A DNA stretch of 64,000 nt, from assembly GCF_006345805.1 (NCBI RefSeq), contig NC_042999.1:167276001-167340000 (forward strand). Direction: 5' to 3'. Source of the DNA: Octopus sinensis. Lineage: Eukaryota. Position 1 is the first letter of the stretch, and each line of letters starts with the position of its first letter. This document shows, one piece after another, positions 25,027 through 37,867 of the stretch. Both the position numbers and the translations under genes were made by a program. Below the pieces are notes generated by a model that was not told the DNA's origin, ran no database searches, and worked only from the letters and a program-made list of their open reading frames with translations.

Positions 25027-25809
25027 CATATATATATATATATATATACATTAATACACATATATGTAAAAATGTGTGTGTGTGTGTGTGTGTGTGTGTA
25101 TAGCCTAGAAAAATACGTTTCTGAATGCCTTTACTCAAAGATCATTTTGAACAGCACTGATCTTGGACTGAACGACGTCCCTGACATGCCAACTACCAAC
25201 TGGAGGAGCTGCAACTTTCAGTATCTGATGGTAACAAAAACGAATATTAACTGATACCCTATATCAATTATTTTTTCATGTGTCACAAATTAATTTATTT
25301 TCACTAAGTACAGCCTAGATTTTTCAGGCGAAAAACTACACAAGTTTCTAATATTTTATTGATCCTTAGGCAACGAAGGGCAACTTCGATCCAGTGCAGT
25401 TTAACTCAGAATACAGAAGAACAAACGTGACGAAAACTAAATTTTCTTAAGGTATTTAGTCAACAATTCGTCAAGGTCAAGTGTTACTCATCTCTGCCTT
25501 CTGTTTTAAATGAATATTCATTAATTGACAACAAATGGCAAGACAAATACAACGTTGAGTCATCTGTAAAAAAAATTAAGTTTTAATCAAAACTTTGACG
25601 TCATTCGTTAGTTATATTTATTTTCTCTGAAAATAATATTGTATATACACTGCATCAAACGTTTCACCTCCTTTCTTAAAACTGTTAGTGCACATAAACT
25701 TCTGATGTAAAATGTAGCAATCAGTATTGGGATTTATATATATTTCTGACTTTTATTTTTGATTTTATAATTTTATATAGAATATAAATCTATATTTAGA
25801 CCTAATCAA

Positions 25810-27050
25810 TACTGGCTTCAAATTTTGGCACAAGGCCAGCAAGTTCGAGGAAGTGGGTAAGTCGATTATATAAAGTTGGTACTTTATATTATTGATCCCT
25901 AAATGATTAAAGTCCAAGTCAACATCGGCGAAATTTGAATTCAGAACGTAGAGAGGGAGGAAATTCCGCTAAGCATTTTGTCCGACGCGCTGACGACTCT
26001 GCGCGTTCACGCCTTAAATCTAAGTATTGTTCCTTTCTTTTATGGACACAAGGTCGGAAATTTCAGGGGAGGGGGTAAATCGTTTACATCGAGCCCAGTA
26101 GTCAACTGGTACTTATTTTATTGACCTCGAAAGGATGAAAGCAAAGTCGACCACGGTGGAATTTGAACTCAGAACGTAAAGACAGACGAAATGCCGCTAA
26201 GCATTTCGCCCGGTGCGCAAACGATTCTGCCAGCTCACCACCTTTGATCTAATTAATATTGGTTTCACAATCTAGCACAAGGCCAAAACAGGGGCCAGCA
26301 AGCCTCTACAGAGAATCGAACCCGGTTTCTCTCAAATTCCGGCTCAGTGCTCTCTACCATTAAACTAAGATACCCTTGACAGACCGAATTGGTTTCAAAT
26401 TTTCGCACAAAGCGAGCAATTTCGAAGGAAGCACTAAGTCGATTACATCGATCCCAGTGATCAACTGGTACCTATCTTATCAACCTGCAAGGATGAAAGG
26501 CAAAGTTGACCACGGCGGAATTTGAACTCAAAACGTAAAGACAGACGAAATGCCGGTAAGCATTTCGCCCGGCATACTAACGATTCTGCCAGCTCGCCGC
26601 CTTCCCAACAGACCTAATTAATATTGATTTCGAAATGAATAAACTAATATTCGAACCTAATTTATACTGATTTCAGGCTCTTGGCACAATGCCACGTATT
26701 GTTTCTGAGAGGCGCAGTCGATTCAATCGGAAACTGTACATGATTCGTATTTATTCTATCAACTCCTAGAAACTGAAAGGTGAAGCTGACCTTGGTGGAT
26801 TTGATCTCAGAATGTTGAAAGACATAACTACATACTGTTGTTCTACCAATTCGATCAATTCTATAGTGCTTACGTCGTAACAAATAATATACGAATTTCT
26901 AGCATAGGCACAATTCTCGTCGAATACATATAGCTAATAAAATCGACCACAATTAAACTGATACTTACTTTATCAGTACTACAAGGGTTAAAAGCAAAGC
27001 CGATACCGGTGGGAATTTAAACCCAGAACGTAAAGGGATATAACTGAATA
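25810..27050 (-). mobile_element. Cluster of 4-5 co-oriented SINE family A copies
   Basis: Repeated GGAATTTGAACTCAGAACGTAAAGAC-type segments near 25930, 26160, 26520, 26800 and 27020. Confidence 0.85.
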
Positions 27051-27869
27051 CGCCCTAGTACGTAATAAATATATATATTTCTTTATTCTAGTATGTAATA
27101 AATATATAGTCGTCTAACTGACGTCAACTAGGAAATAAATGACACATGTTGAAAATAAGGGTCGGGATTTTAGGAAAAGGTGACTGACAAATATTTTCCA
27201 TAAACACTTCTTTATATAAACTGTTTTAGAAAATGTTTGCTTTAATGAAGTTCATTTATGACGTTAGCGTCTGTAAATGCTTTCATGTGCATTCATTCAA
27301 TTCACAGGTAATTTTAAAGCCATATTTTTGGCAAATTTTCTTGTGCAGCCATAGAAAGACGAAGCGAAATTCAGACAGTAATTAAGCAACTTAATCACAT
27401 CATCTTCCATGGCTCCTTCAAATTCGAGTGTAATCTCTTTGCTATTCTTTTCCACACTACTGACTTCAATTCCACTTGACGGCTTGCTTCCAGATATCTA
27501 AAAGTGAAGGTACATCCAACCGCGGCGGTGATCATCAACTATCTACAGTAAAAAATTTTAAAATTAAAAAAAACCCCAGAAAAAACTGTCTTGTGAGAAC
27601 AAAATAGATAAGTTATTTCCATTGATATAAGAATGGAAATGAGGAAATGAAAGGCTGGAGGAGAATTGGGAAAGGAACGGTTGAATTATTTCATTTAATT
27701 GAGGTGTTAACAGATTCAGGGGCACTTCGCTCCTTGCACCGCTGACTTGAGCCACACAATTCCACACTCTACTCACAAACACACAAATGCACACCCATAT
27801 GCGCCAAACCTATTATTTATTGATACTGGGGAAAAATTAAATCTATACCTCTCCTCCTATGCCTCCTCC

Positions 27870-28056
27870 TCCCTACTACTACTACTACTACTACTACTAC
27901 TAATAATAATAATAATAATGATAATAATAATGATAATAATAATGATGATGATAATAATATTAATAACAACAACAACAACAACAACTCCAAAACAAATCAC
28001 TTACACATTACCTATGGCACACAAAGCTGGGATCGGCAGTGTAGTGAAAGCACACG

Positions 28057-28098
<42 letters not shown>

Positions 28099-28161
28099 GT
28101 AATAATAATAATAATGATGATGATGATGATGATGATGATGATAATAATAATAATAATAATA

Positions 28162-28212
<51 letters not shown>

Positions 28213-28275
28213 GTAATAATAATAATAATGATGATGATGATGATGATGATAATGATGATGAATAATAATAATATT
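27870..28275. repeat. Compound (CTA)/(AAT)/(GAT)n microsatellite with an embedded Dong-like 3' UTR remnant at 27985-28067
   Basis: ACATTACCTATGGCACACAAAGCTGGGATCGGCAGTGTAGTGAAAGCAC resembles the 3' UTR at 20620-20665. Confidence 0.75.
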
Positions 28276-28503
28276 AATGGTTTCAGATTTTGGCCAGCAA
28301 ATTGTAGGGAGGGGGGAAATCGATTACATTGTCTTCAGTGTTCAACTGGTAAATATGTTATTGACCCCGAAAGGATGAAAGGCAAAGTCGAGCTCTACTC
28401 TATTATAAAATTAACAATGAGGTAAAGAGTCGCTAGAAATGCCATGGATCTCCTTGTAACAAATGAAGGACTACAAATATGTAAGATTATTTCTATTGAT
28501 ATA

Positions 28504-29832
28504 TCAGGTCATCCCATAAGTTCTGTCCGAATTTTGAATAAAGAAAACAAGTGATCAAATGTTATTTTTTATTGAAATTTAACCATCAATGTACTTTCCC
28601 TAATTATCTATGACTTCCTTCCATCTATTTACACGCTTTTTAATCCGATCAATATAAAACTGTTTTGGTTTCAAAGCGAAGAACTCTGAAATGTCAGTTT
28701 CGACCTCCTTTTGGCTTGCGAAAGTTATGTCCCCCAAATGATTCTGTAAACTACGAAACAAATGGCAGTCTGAATGAGCAAGGTCAGAAGAATAAGGTGG
28801 ATGAGGAATTTTTTCCCAACCAAGCTCCTCAATCTTCTGTGATGTGATCTTTGCAATGTGGGGTTGCGCATTGTCCTGATGAAATATCACTCCTTTTCGA
28901 TTCACTAAAGCGGGTCTTATTTTTCTTCAAATCTTGATACAAACGCTCTAATTGCTGACAGTAGACTTGAGTATTGATTGTTGCATTAGGTGGTAAGAAT
29001 TCAAAGTGAATTACTCCTTTGCAATCCCACCAGATAGAGAGAAGAACCTTTTCCCCATGAAGTTCCCTTTTCGGTTGTGGTTGAGCCTTTTCCCTTTTAC
29101 CAAACCACTGTTTATAACGTTTAACATTTCGATAGAAGATCCATTTTTCGCCACCAGTCTATCCAAAAAGGGTGAAATGGGTTCGGGAGAATGGAGAGAA
29201 GAGCAGATGTCAATCCGGGATTTGCGTTTGCTTTCGGACAATTCATGAGGCACCCATTTTCGAAGTTTAGGAACCTTTCCAAGTTGTTGAAGATGACGAT
29301 GAACAGTTGTATGGCTTGAACTAAGATTTATTGCCAATTCTTCAACTGATAGTGCAGTATTTTCTTCAAGTAATGTCTCAAGGAGCTTTATCATCAAACT
29401 CAACTGGACGTCCTGTTCGATCTTCATCTTCAAGGCTGAAATCTCCACTTCTGAAGTTTGCAAACCATCTTCTGCAAGTTCTTTCATTCAAGCATTCTTT
29501 CCCATAAACTGAGTGTATGCTTCGAGTCGCTTCGGCTGCAGAGTTTCCCTTTTTGTACTCATAAAGCATTATGTGCCTCAAATGCTCTTTGGATACTTCC
29601 ATATTAGAAAGGGTTTTAATCAAAGAAATTTTAATTCTATTATTCTGTAAAATAATATTTAATTAATTTAAATGTGTACAGTTTGGTTTCAAAGTGAAGA
29701 ATTCTGAAATGTAAGTTTCGACCTCCTCTTGGATAAAAATATTTTTTAATTCCATTAGATATTCTAAAATACTATTAAATTTAATTCAATTTATAAAAGC
29801 TAAAATCGGACGGAACTTATGGGATGACCTGA
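28504..29832 (-). mobile_element. Full-length mariner (DD34D) transposon, inactive
   Basis: TIR TCAGGTCATCCCATAAGTTC(T/C)GTCCGA at both ends; TA at 28502-28503 and 29833-29834. Confidence 0.95.
28577..29602 (-). pseudogene. Mariner transposase pseudogene
   Basis: MEVSKEHLRH..., GRP, WVPHEL, HQDNA followed by exactly 34 residues to the D of HSD(CHLF), PPYSSDLA; at least two frameshifts and a premature stop. Confidence 0.95.
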
Positions 29833-30879
29833 TATTTAGTTATACATCATTGAACAACTTAACCGTCCAGATAATTTTTCCAGTTGCTCTATAACGAACA
29901 GTTGTCTCCCTTATAAGCTGGATTTTTCTTTCTTTTGATAATTCTTCATTAGAATTCTCTCATCTAAGTATTTCCCATCACTTTAACGATAATTGTAAAC
30001 AATTACTAATAAGTAATTTTAAAACGTAAATGTCTACTTGCTCCAGCAGACTTGCCGATGACTTGCCCCCTCACCCGTGTCTATCCTTGAAGACTGCAAT
30101 ATCAAGCAAGTTAGAGAACAGCAACAAGCTTGCGGCAGCTTGGCTCAGCTTCAGATTGGATAAAGCAATCTTGACGTCATGACCATATGTTTCCCATTTC
30201 TATCAGCTTAGTGTGACTGCATACCTTAAGGTGGCGCTACTTGTAATGTTCCACTAGTATACGTATTTCCACTGAAAACCGACCAAGTTATAACGTCAGG
30301 CTGCTGCTTTGGAGAATGGGAGATGGCTTTACTGCGCCGGGTATTAGCAAATTTTTACGTGTAGACCGTATATTCTCTGCTTAATCTCAGCGGTTGGTTT
30401 ACTTGATTTCCGTCTTATTCAAGCACTGGATTCAGGTTTATAGAGTTAGGTTTAAACTTGGTAGAGTCTTCTTATGTACGTTTACGTGTAAAATCTAAAG
30501 TCATGCAAGCGCTTCAATATGTATACGAGTGTGTGTATATGTATGTGACTCTGTATTTGTATGTGTGTGTGTGTGCCTGTCTATGTGAATACACCGTATT
30601 ATTTTGGTCGCCTACGAAGAAGGTAAAAGAGGTGGTCCAGGCCAAATTTCGGGGTCTCTCCAATATTGATCTGTTGTCAAGTGTTCTTTCATTGTTCAGA
30701 CATCAAAAGAACTTCATAGCATATGCTGTTCTTATCAATCCACCCATATATGTATGCGCGCGCGTGTGTAGGTGTGTATGTACATAAACATATATATGTG
30801 TGTGTATATATGTCTGTCTGTCTATCGGTTTGTATTACTCTCTTTCCCTCTCTTTCTCCATTTCTGTCCGTTTGTCCAT

Positions 30880-30906
30880 CTATCTATCTATCTATCTATC
30901 TATCTG

Positions 30907-30968
<62 letters not shown>

Positions 30969-30973
30969 CATCC

Positions 30974-31050
<77 letters not shown>

Positions 31051-31065
31051 ACTATCTATCCATCC

Positions 31066-31145
<80 letters not shown>

Positions 31146-31174
31146 GTCTATCTATCTATCTATCTATCTATCTG

Positions 31175-31229
<55 letters not shown>

Positions 31230-31245
31230 GTCTGTCTATCTGTCT
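30880..31245. repeat. Long (CTAT)n tetranucleotide array
   Basis: Direct reading, ~360 bp with CCAT/CTGT variants. Confidence 0.97.
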
Positions 31246-32239
31246 ACCAGTCTGTTTGACTATCTGTCTTCAAACACACACACACACACACACACACATA
31301 TACGAATAAACATATGTAGAAAGGGGTTGAGAGGGTTTGTGCGTATATGTATGTATGTGCGTGTATGAGCGTAGTGTGTGTGAGCATTCGTACGAGTGTG
31401 TACGTGGGCATGTGTGCGCGAATATGATTGCCTGTGCTGGTGGGCGAGTGTGCGTGTACATGTATGCATATGTGTGTGTGTGTGTGTGTGTGTGTATGCA
31501 TGGCTGAATAAGTTTGCGTATGCGATGAAGCGTTTTCTTGTGCGTACGTGTATCTCAACTGATTAATGTAAGGCGTTTGCAAAGTGTCTGCTTACTCGCC
31601 ATTTCTTCTCTCCCCACCTCACTCCTTTTCTTCTTCGGCCCACACCACAAGCTACCACTGCTTACAAAACGAGAGCAGTGTGTTATATAGACTTCTCTTA
31701 CTCTTGTCAGTACACAACTTCTCTATCAGCAAGCTACGCGTATTACTTACACGTGGTGACACATGTCAACTGGTGCTTTTGAGACTACAGGCTTCAGCCT
31801 GCATAGGACATAGAAGCGAAAACTGCGACGTACATCGCTCACTTACTTGAGCGGAATGGTAGGACGTATAAGGAAAATAGTAGCTGAATAGTAAATCGAG
31901 TCTTTGAGGTACTTCGAAAAGAAAAACAAAGTAGAGAAATTGAAGAATGAGAGTAAGACAAAAGATCAAGTAGATGGCTTTTGGGACCGTTTAAGATGTG
32001 TGTCTGGGTGTTTATCTATGCATATATATTATATATATATATATATATATAGAAAGAGAGAGACATAGAATATATATATATATCATACACACACACACAC
32101 ACACACATATATGTATATATATACCGGAGTAAACACATAAATGTGAAACAAGGTGGAAAAAAAGAGTACTCAAATACCAGTGGTAGAGTAATATGCTTTA
32201 TTTAAAGCGCCGTTCATCAGACAGTTTTTATTAGAAAAA

Positions 32240-32277
32240 CTGTCTGATGAACGGTAGCGAGAAACTCGGAGTAACAG
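32240..32277 (+). ncRNA. Minimal type I hammerhead ribozyme candidate in a fold-back cassette
   Basis: CTGT-CTGATGA-ACGGTAGCGA-GAAA-CTCGGAG-TA/ACAG: canonical core, 4-bp helix I, near-palindromic helix III, weak helix II. Family homolog at 42205-42240. Confidence 0.65.
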
Positions 32278-32842
32278 ATTTTTTTGAATTTTCTGCTACT
32301 TTAAATAAAGTATATATATAAATATTTTTTTTTCTTATCTTGTATATATATATATATATATAAATATATATATATATTCTATGTCTCTTTCCCTGCCCCA
32401 CCTCTCACTGTATATACACACACATATACATACTTATATTCTTGGCCTGGTGCTGACAGATGTGTCCACTCCACTCTACATCACGTAGTGAGTTCTATCT
32501 CAGATGCTTACGCATTAAAACATGTATATTACAACCCTTACTTTATGATACATTATGGCTCACACACACACACTAGCACCCAAACATAATGAAATACACA
32601 GATATGTAATACTTCAATGTGTATGTTCGTGTGTGTGTATGTGTGTGCGTGTATTTGTGTGTATTTAACTACCTCCCTCCCTCCCTATCTACCTACCTAC
32701 CTACCTACCTACCTACCTACCTACCTACCTGCCTGCCTGCCTGCCTACCTAGATCTATCTGTCTATCTATATGTATGTGTACACATACACACACACACAC
32801 AAATATGTATGTATATATATTTATGTATGCATGCATGAATAT

Positions 32843-32844
<2 letters not shown>

Positions 32845-32883
<39 letters not shown>

Positions 32884-35490
32884 TTAAGGTCTATTTTCCA
32901 TGTTGATAAGTGATAGACAATTTGACAGCATCTAACGAGTCGGAGGACTACATCGATCCTCAATGTCTGATATGGCATGATCTCTATGACTGAATGCCCT
33001 TCTCAGTGCCTGTTTTATGGTGCGTAGTGGGTGATGTTTTTCGTCACATCTGTAGTGGTGAAGTCACCAAGGAACTTGCCTGACTTAGAGAAAAAAGCCC
33101 TCCCCTCGTGAGGACCAGGTGTCGGAGCATATTCTCAAAGTGCAAGAATGTAATTATGAAAATACGGATTGAAGATCAGGTGGAGCTGGCGGATATGTTT
33201 GTATGGGTGTGTGGAGAGTGACTGTTGGTTAGAAGTGGGAGTAGAGGACAATGTAGTGAATGATGCACAATGGTGTGGGTGTGGTCGAGTACTCATAACA
33301 ATATTGGGATGAAGGTAAAAGAAATAGCTCTGGAAGGAGGGGATGACGAGTAGGGTAGTACAGGAAAATTGATGCGCAGCTGAATAACAAAACTGTAGAT
33401 GGATCAATAAATAAGGGGATGATGTGTGGGGTTGGAGGGGGGAGAGAAAGAAATGTAGAGGGAAAGAGAAGCACAGAGGTACATTGTAGTAGTTGTAGTG
33501 AAACACCACGCATCGCGATCTTTTGCCATCTCCAGGCACAGCATCTTGAGATCAGCCTTCACTAATCCCTTCCATGTTTTCCTCAGTTACCCTCTTCCAC
33601 GAGTTCCATCCACATTAAAACTATTGACACTTTATATATTTGCCGTCATGTGACCATACCAGGAAAGTCTTCTCTCTTACACACTACATCTGAAGCCTTT
33701 TATGTCCAGTTATTTTCTCAACAAATTTGCACTTTGTCGTACTGTGATGGCGCACACCCACCAGGGGAAACTAGTTTCAATACTTTCCAGTGTTTGCATG
33801 TCTTCTGCATTTAACGCATACGTCTCACTATCATGTTGCATTGCTATTTGTACACAAACATCGTACAATCTGCCTTGCAGTTGGAGGTAGGGACCTTCTG
33901 TTACCAACAGAGGTTATAACCCCATGAACTTTTCCCATTTTATTTTTCTTCTAACAATTATGATTTCAGAACATTGTTTTCCAGTGTATTCGAAAAAATA
34001 TATTTTCTGTGTTTTCTTAGTGTTTATTGGTACTCCACGTCTACCACAAACTAAGTTTACTTTTTCCATTAAAAATGCAGTGATTCCACTGCACTTCTTA
34101 TGTGTCCACTTCTTGTGTGTCCATAGTTTTGTGAGTCTACTTCTTGTGTGTTTATAGTTTTCACTGATAACATCATATGGAATTTCCACCAACATCTCTT
34201 CTACACACCAAGCTGGCTCATTTTCGCGAAGGGAGCAAAGTCCTGGCTTTCCCTCATTTAGTTTGGGCTAAGTTGGTTTTAAGGATCTTATTTCCATGTT
34301 TAGCTTCCACACCAAGAATTTCCTTTCTAGCTCTACTACAAATTCCGCTATAAGAACGAGGTCATCAGCATATAGTCGTTCCCAAGACAACCGACCTTAA
34401 ATTCCTCTCTTATGGTTTGGAGAACGAGGATAAATAGAATGTACATTAAATTCGTTGCTGAACTTGTTGCTAACTCTCACCCTACAGATATGGCTTCCTC
34501 TTCATGGGTTGTATGGTCTTCAAAAGTCATTTGTCTACCGCTAGCTTCCTCAGAGACGACTAGATCAGGCACCCTGCCGAAAACTTTCTCTAGATCAACG
34601 GATCCAAAGTACGGTGGTTTATTTTTAGCTAAATACTTTTCTTGTAGTTGTCTTACTAGGATGAGAAAATCAGTCGTATTCCTCCTTGACAAAAAACTAA
34701 GCTGCATCTGATCTCGACCAATCCACTTTCTAATTAATTGAGCTATAACTCTTTCTGTCTAACTTTCATGATCTGTGCTAGCAATTTGATATCTCAATAA
34801 TTACTTCTATCTCATGTATCTCTTCTACCCTTGTAACAGTTGACTGTAATGATGCTATGCTTGTCGTTGGGTATGATACTTTCCTGTGTAACCTGATTAA
34901 CAATGCAGATGACTTAGCCATGCACTATTCTCCCAGATATTTTAAGCTTCTCAACGGTAATTTCTGATGACCTAGAGACTTTCCGCACCTTCGTGATCCT
35001 TAATTAGTTTATCTATCCTTCTACTGTCAAGTAAACTGCCCCTGTTGGATCCACGTTGGAAAGACTCTCTCTTATGCTTTCTCCACATTAAGTCGCCATT
35101 CATATCTTTTCCAAACCTCATTCTTAACAGAATCACTGAATGCAAGTGTGTTCCAGTGTCAGTCCGCAGCTATTTCTCGCCTATAATTTTCTCCCTTGTC
35201 TCTTGTGTACTTATTATCTTGCAGTCAGCAAATACCTCCTGCTTTCATTCTCACATTGCACAACACTGACAAACTTCTTACTCTCTACTTCACTATTTTC
35301 TTTGTAAACCTGACACCAAGCTTTTTTTTCTGACAACCTGGTATAAATGCCGCCTGGCATAATTCTGGTTATTTAGCTCTGCCAACTTCACTGTTTCGGC
35401 ACCATGTCTCCTTCAGTCAGACATGGACTTTGCACAACCCACAGAGTTGGTTTATGGCCCTTAATAGATTGTCCAGTGGGAACTTCCGTG
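32845..35490 (-). mobile_element. 5'-truncated RTE-clade LINE, decayed
   Basis: KETW-like motif near 35410, LVRQLQEKYLAKNKP...VDLEK, YADD at 34361-34372, Cys-rich WTHKKCSG insert, EMAKDRDAW at the ORF end, long 3' UTR and (GAT)n tail. Confidence 0.88.
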
Positions 35491-35577
35491 CGTGTGTATA
35501 AAAATATATATATGACTGTGTATATGTGTGTACATAAACACACACACACATACACACACACACACACACATATATAT

Positions 35578-35610
<33 letters not shown>

Positions 35611-35745
35611 GTGTGTGTGTTGTGTGTCTGTGTTTAAAATAATAAGGTTGAAAAACTGAATATTAATTTGATTAATATCAATTTCAAACCAGTGTTCTAG
35701 CATATAGGAAAATCTGAAGATTCAGAAAAATTATATTACATACAT

Positions 35746-35895
35746 ATAAGTGGGATGGCCAGTAAGTGCACATCCATTATGCTAGAAGTCGACCCCTACG
35801 GTCTTACCACTAAGAAACATACCTTTCTTAGTGATAAGACCATAGGGGTCGACTTCTAGCATAATGGATGTTCACTTAGAGGTCATCCCTCTTAT
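35746..35895. repeat. Palindromic element: 72-bp arms with a 6-bp spacer
   Basis: 35746-35817 pairs with 35824-35895 with few mismatches; same family as the inner arms at 15150-15267 and 15380-15490. Confidence 0.92.
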
Positions 35896-35964
35896 TTTTT
35901 TTCTAGTTTCAGCTCAGAGCTGCGGCCATGCTGATGCACCGCCGTTATATGTATGTAATATATA

Positions 35965-36115
35965 TATGTGGTAAGTAGCTTGTTTACCAACCACATGGTT
36001 CCGGGTTCAGTCCCACTGCGTGGCACCTTGGGCAAGTGTCTTCTACTATAGCCTCGGGCCGACCAAAGCCTTTGGAGTGGATTTGGTAGACGGAAACTGA
36101 AAGAAGCCCGTCGTA

Positions 36116-36179
<64 letters not shown>

Positions 36180-36188
36180 TATGTATGT

Positions 36189-36224
<36 letters not shown>

Positions 36225-36430
36225 TGTAAGTTTGTGTGTCTGTGTTTGTCCCCCTAGCATTGCTTGACAACCGATGCTGGTGTGTTTATGTGCCTGTCAC
36301 TTAGCGGTTCGGCAAAAGAGACTGATAGAATAAGTACTGGGCTTACAAAGAATAAGTCCCGGGGTCGAGTTGCTCGATTAAAGGCGATGCTCCAGCATGG
36401 CCGCAGTCAAATTGACTGAAACAAGTAAAA
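35965..36430 (+). mobile_element. SINE family B, near full length
   Basis: B box GGTTCAGTCCC, CCTTGGGCAAGTG segment, internal (TA)n(TG)n, full tail. Confidence 0.92.
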
Positions 36431-36514
36431 AAGAGTAAAAAAGACAGATATATATATGTATGTGAATGTGAGTGTATTTGTATGTTTTTGTCTACGTATA
36501 TATATATATATACT

Positions 36515-36749
36515 CTTTTACTCTTTTACTTGTTTCAGTTATTTGACTGCGGCCATGCTGGAGCACCGCCTTTAATCGAGCAACTCGACCCCGGGACTTA
36601 TTCTTTTGTAAGTCCAGTACTTATTCTATTGGTGTCTTCTGCCGAACCGCTAAGTGACGGGGACATAAACACACCAGCATCGGTTGTCAAGCAATGCTAG
36701 GGGAACAAACACAGACACACAAACATACTCGCACACACACACACACACA

Positions 36750-36806
<57 letters not shown>

Positions 36807-36978
36807 CATATATACGACAGGCTTCTTTCAGTTTCCGTCTACCAAATCCACTCACAAGGCTTTGGTCGGCCCAAGGATATAGTAGAAGACACTTGCCCAT
36901 GATGCCACGCAGTGGGACTGAACCTGGAGCCATATGGTTGGTAAACAAGCTACTTACCACACAGCCACTCCTGCACCT
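36515..36978 (-). mobile_element. SINE family B, full length, inverted relative to the previous copy
   Basis: Reverse complement of the family B consensus, ending in the head ...CACAGCCACTCCTGCACCTAT. Confidence 0.92.
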
Positions 36979-37830
36979 ATAAAACCACTATTAAGCAACT
37001 CAAACAGTGATAGACATAAACCAAAACATAAGAAACAAAAAATAGATATAATTAATATAATATATGATATATATATAAAATATAAAATTTAAATTATCAA
37101 AATTTTAAATTTTAAAATTTATATTTTTATATTTTTAAATTTTCATATTTTTAATTCTTTTTTTCTTATATAACTAACCAAAAAGTATAAAAAAAAGTTA
37201 AATATAATATAAGTAAAAACACTACGTACGTTTCATGGCTATAATTCAATCGAATTACAATTAATTTAAATTCAATTGAAAATTCGAATTAAAATTATAG
37301 TTAATCTTCAGGTTAATGATAATAGTTAAATAAATAAGCAAATAGAGTTAAACAATATTTTTTAAGAAATAAATAAAATAATAATTTTTCTTATAAAAAA
37401 ACTCTATTATCTAAATTAGAAACTTAAAACATTAGGATTATGTCATACAACCCATTTATTATGTTAAATATTTATTTTTAAGGTAAAAAAATAGATAGAA
37501 ATATGTATTTATCAATGAAGATATAATATGGCTTTAAAAAAACATAATAAACTCAGTTATAGTCCAATATCTAATTACCAAATTATTTAACAAGATAATC
37601 ACTATTCATATTTTTAAATTAAAGTTCAAATCTAATAATTATAAAATATTTAAGAATAATAACTAAATTATTATCAATAAATATAATAATTAAGATCTAA
37701 AATTTACTCTATAAATAAATATATTGACATATAATGAAAAATAAATAAATTAATTAGTCCATTATTACTTACGTAAATATCAAATATTAATATAATATAA
37801 TAGCAAGGTTAGTTAGAGGTTTCTTTATAC
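36979..37830 (+). mobile_element. AT-rich PLE remnant (pLTR-like part plus linker part)
   Basis: 36979-37430 is homologous to 47870-48360; 37530-37810 is homologous to the reverse complement of 52330-52620 (LSYSPISNYQII). Confidence 0.75.
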
Positions 37831-37867
37831 ACACACACACACACACATATATATTATATATAATTAG

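Noticed and set aside
25810-27050. CRISPR-like repeat-spacer pattern
   Set aside because: Units are ~200-bp diverged SINEs with irregular spacing in eukaryotic DNA; no cas genes.
30225-30271. Minus-strand exon with good splice signals (TTTTCAG...AAG/GTATGC)
   Set aside because: Stop codons in all three frames and no independent support.
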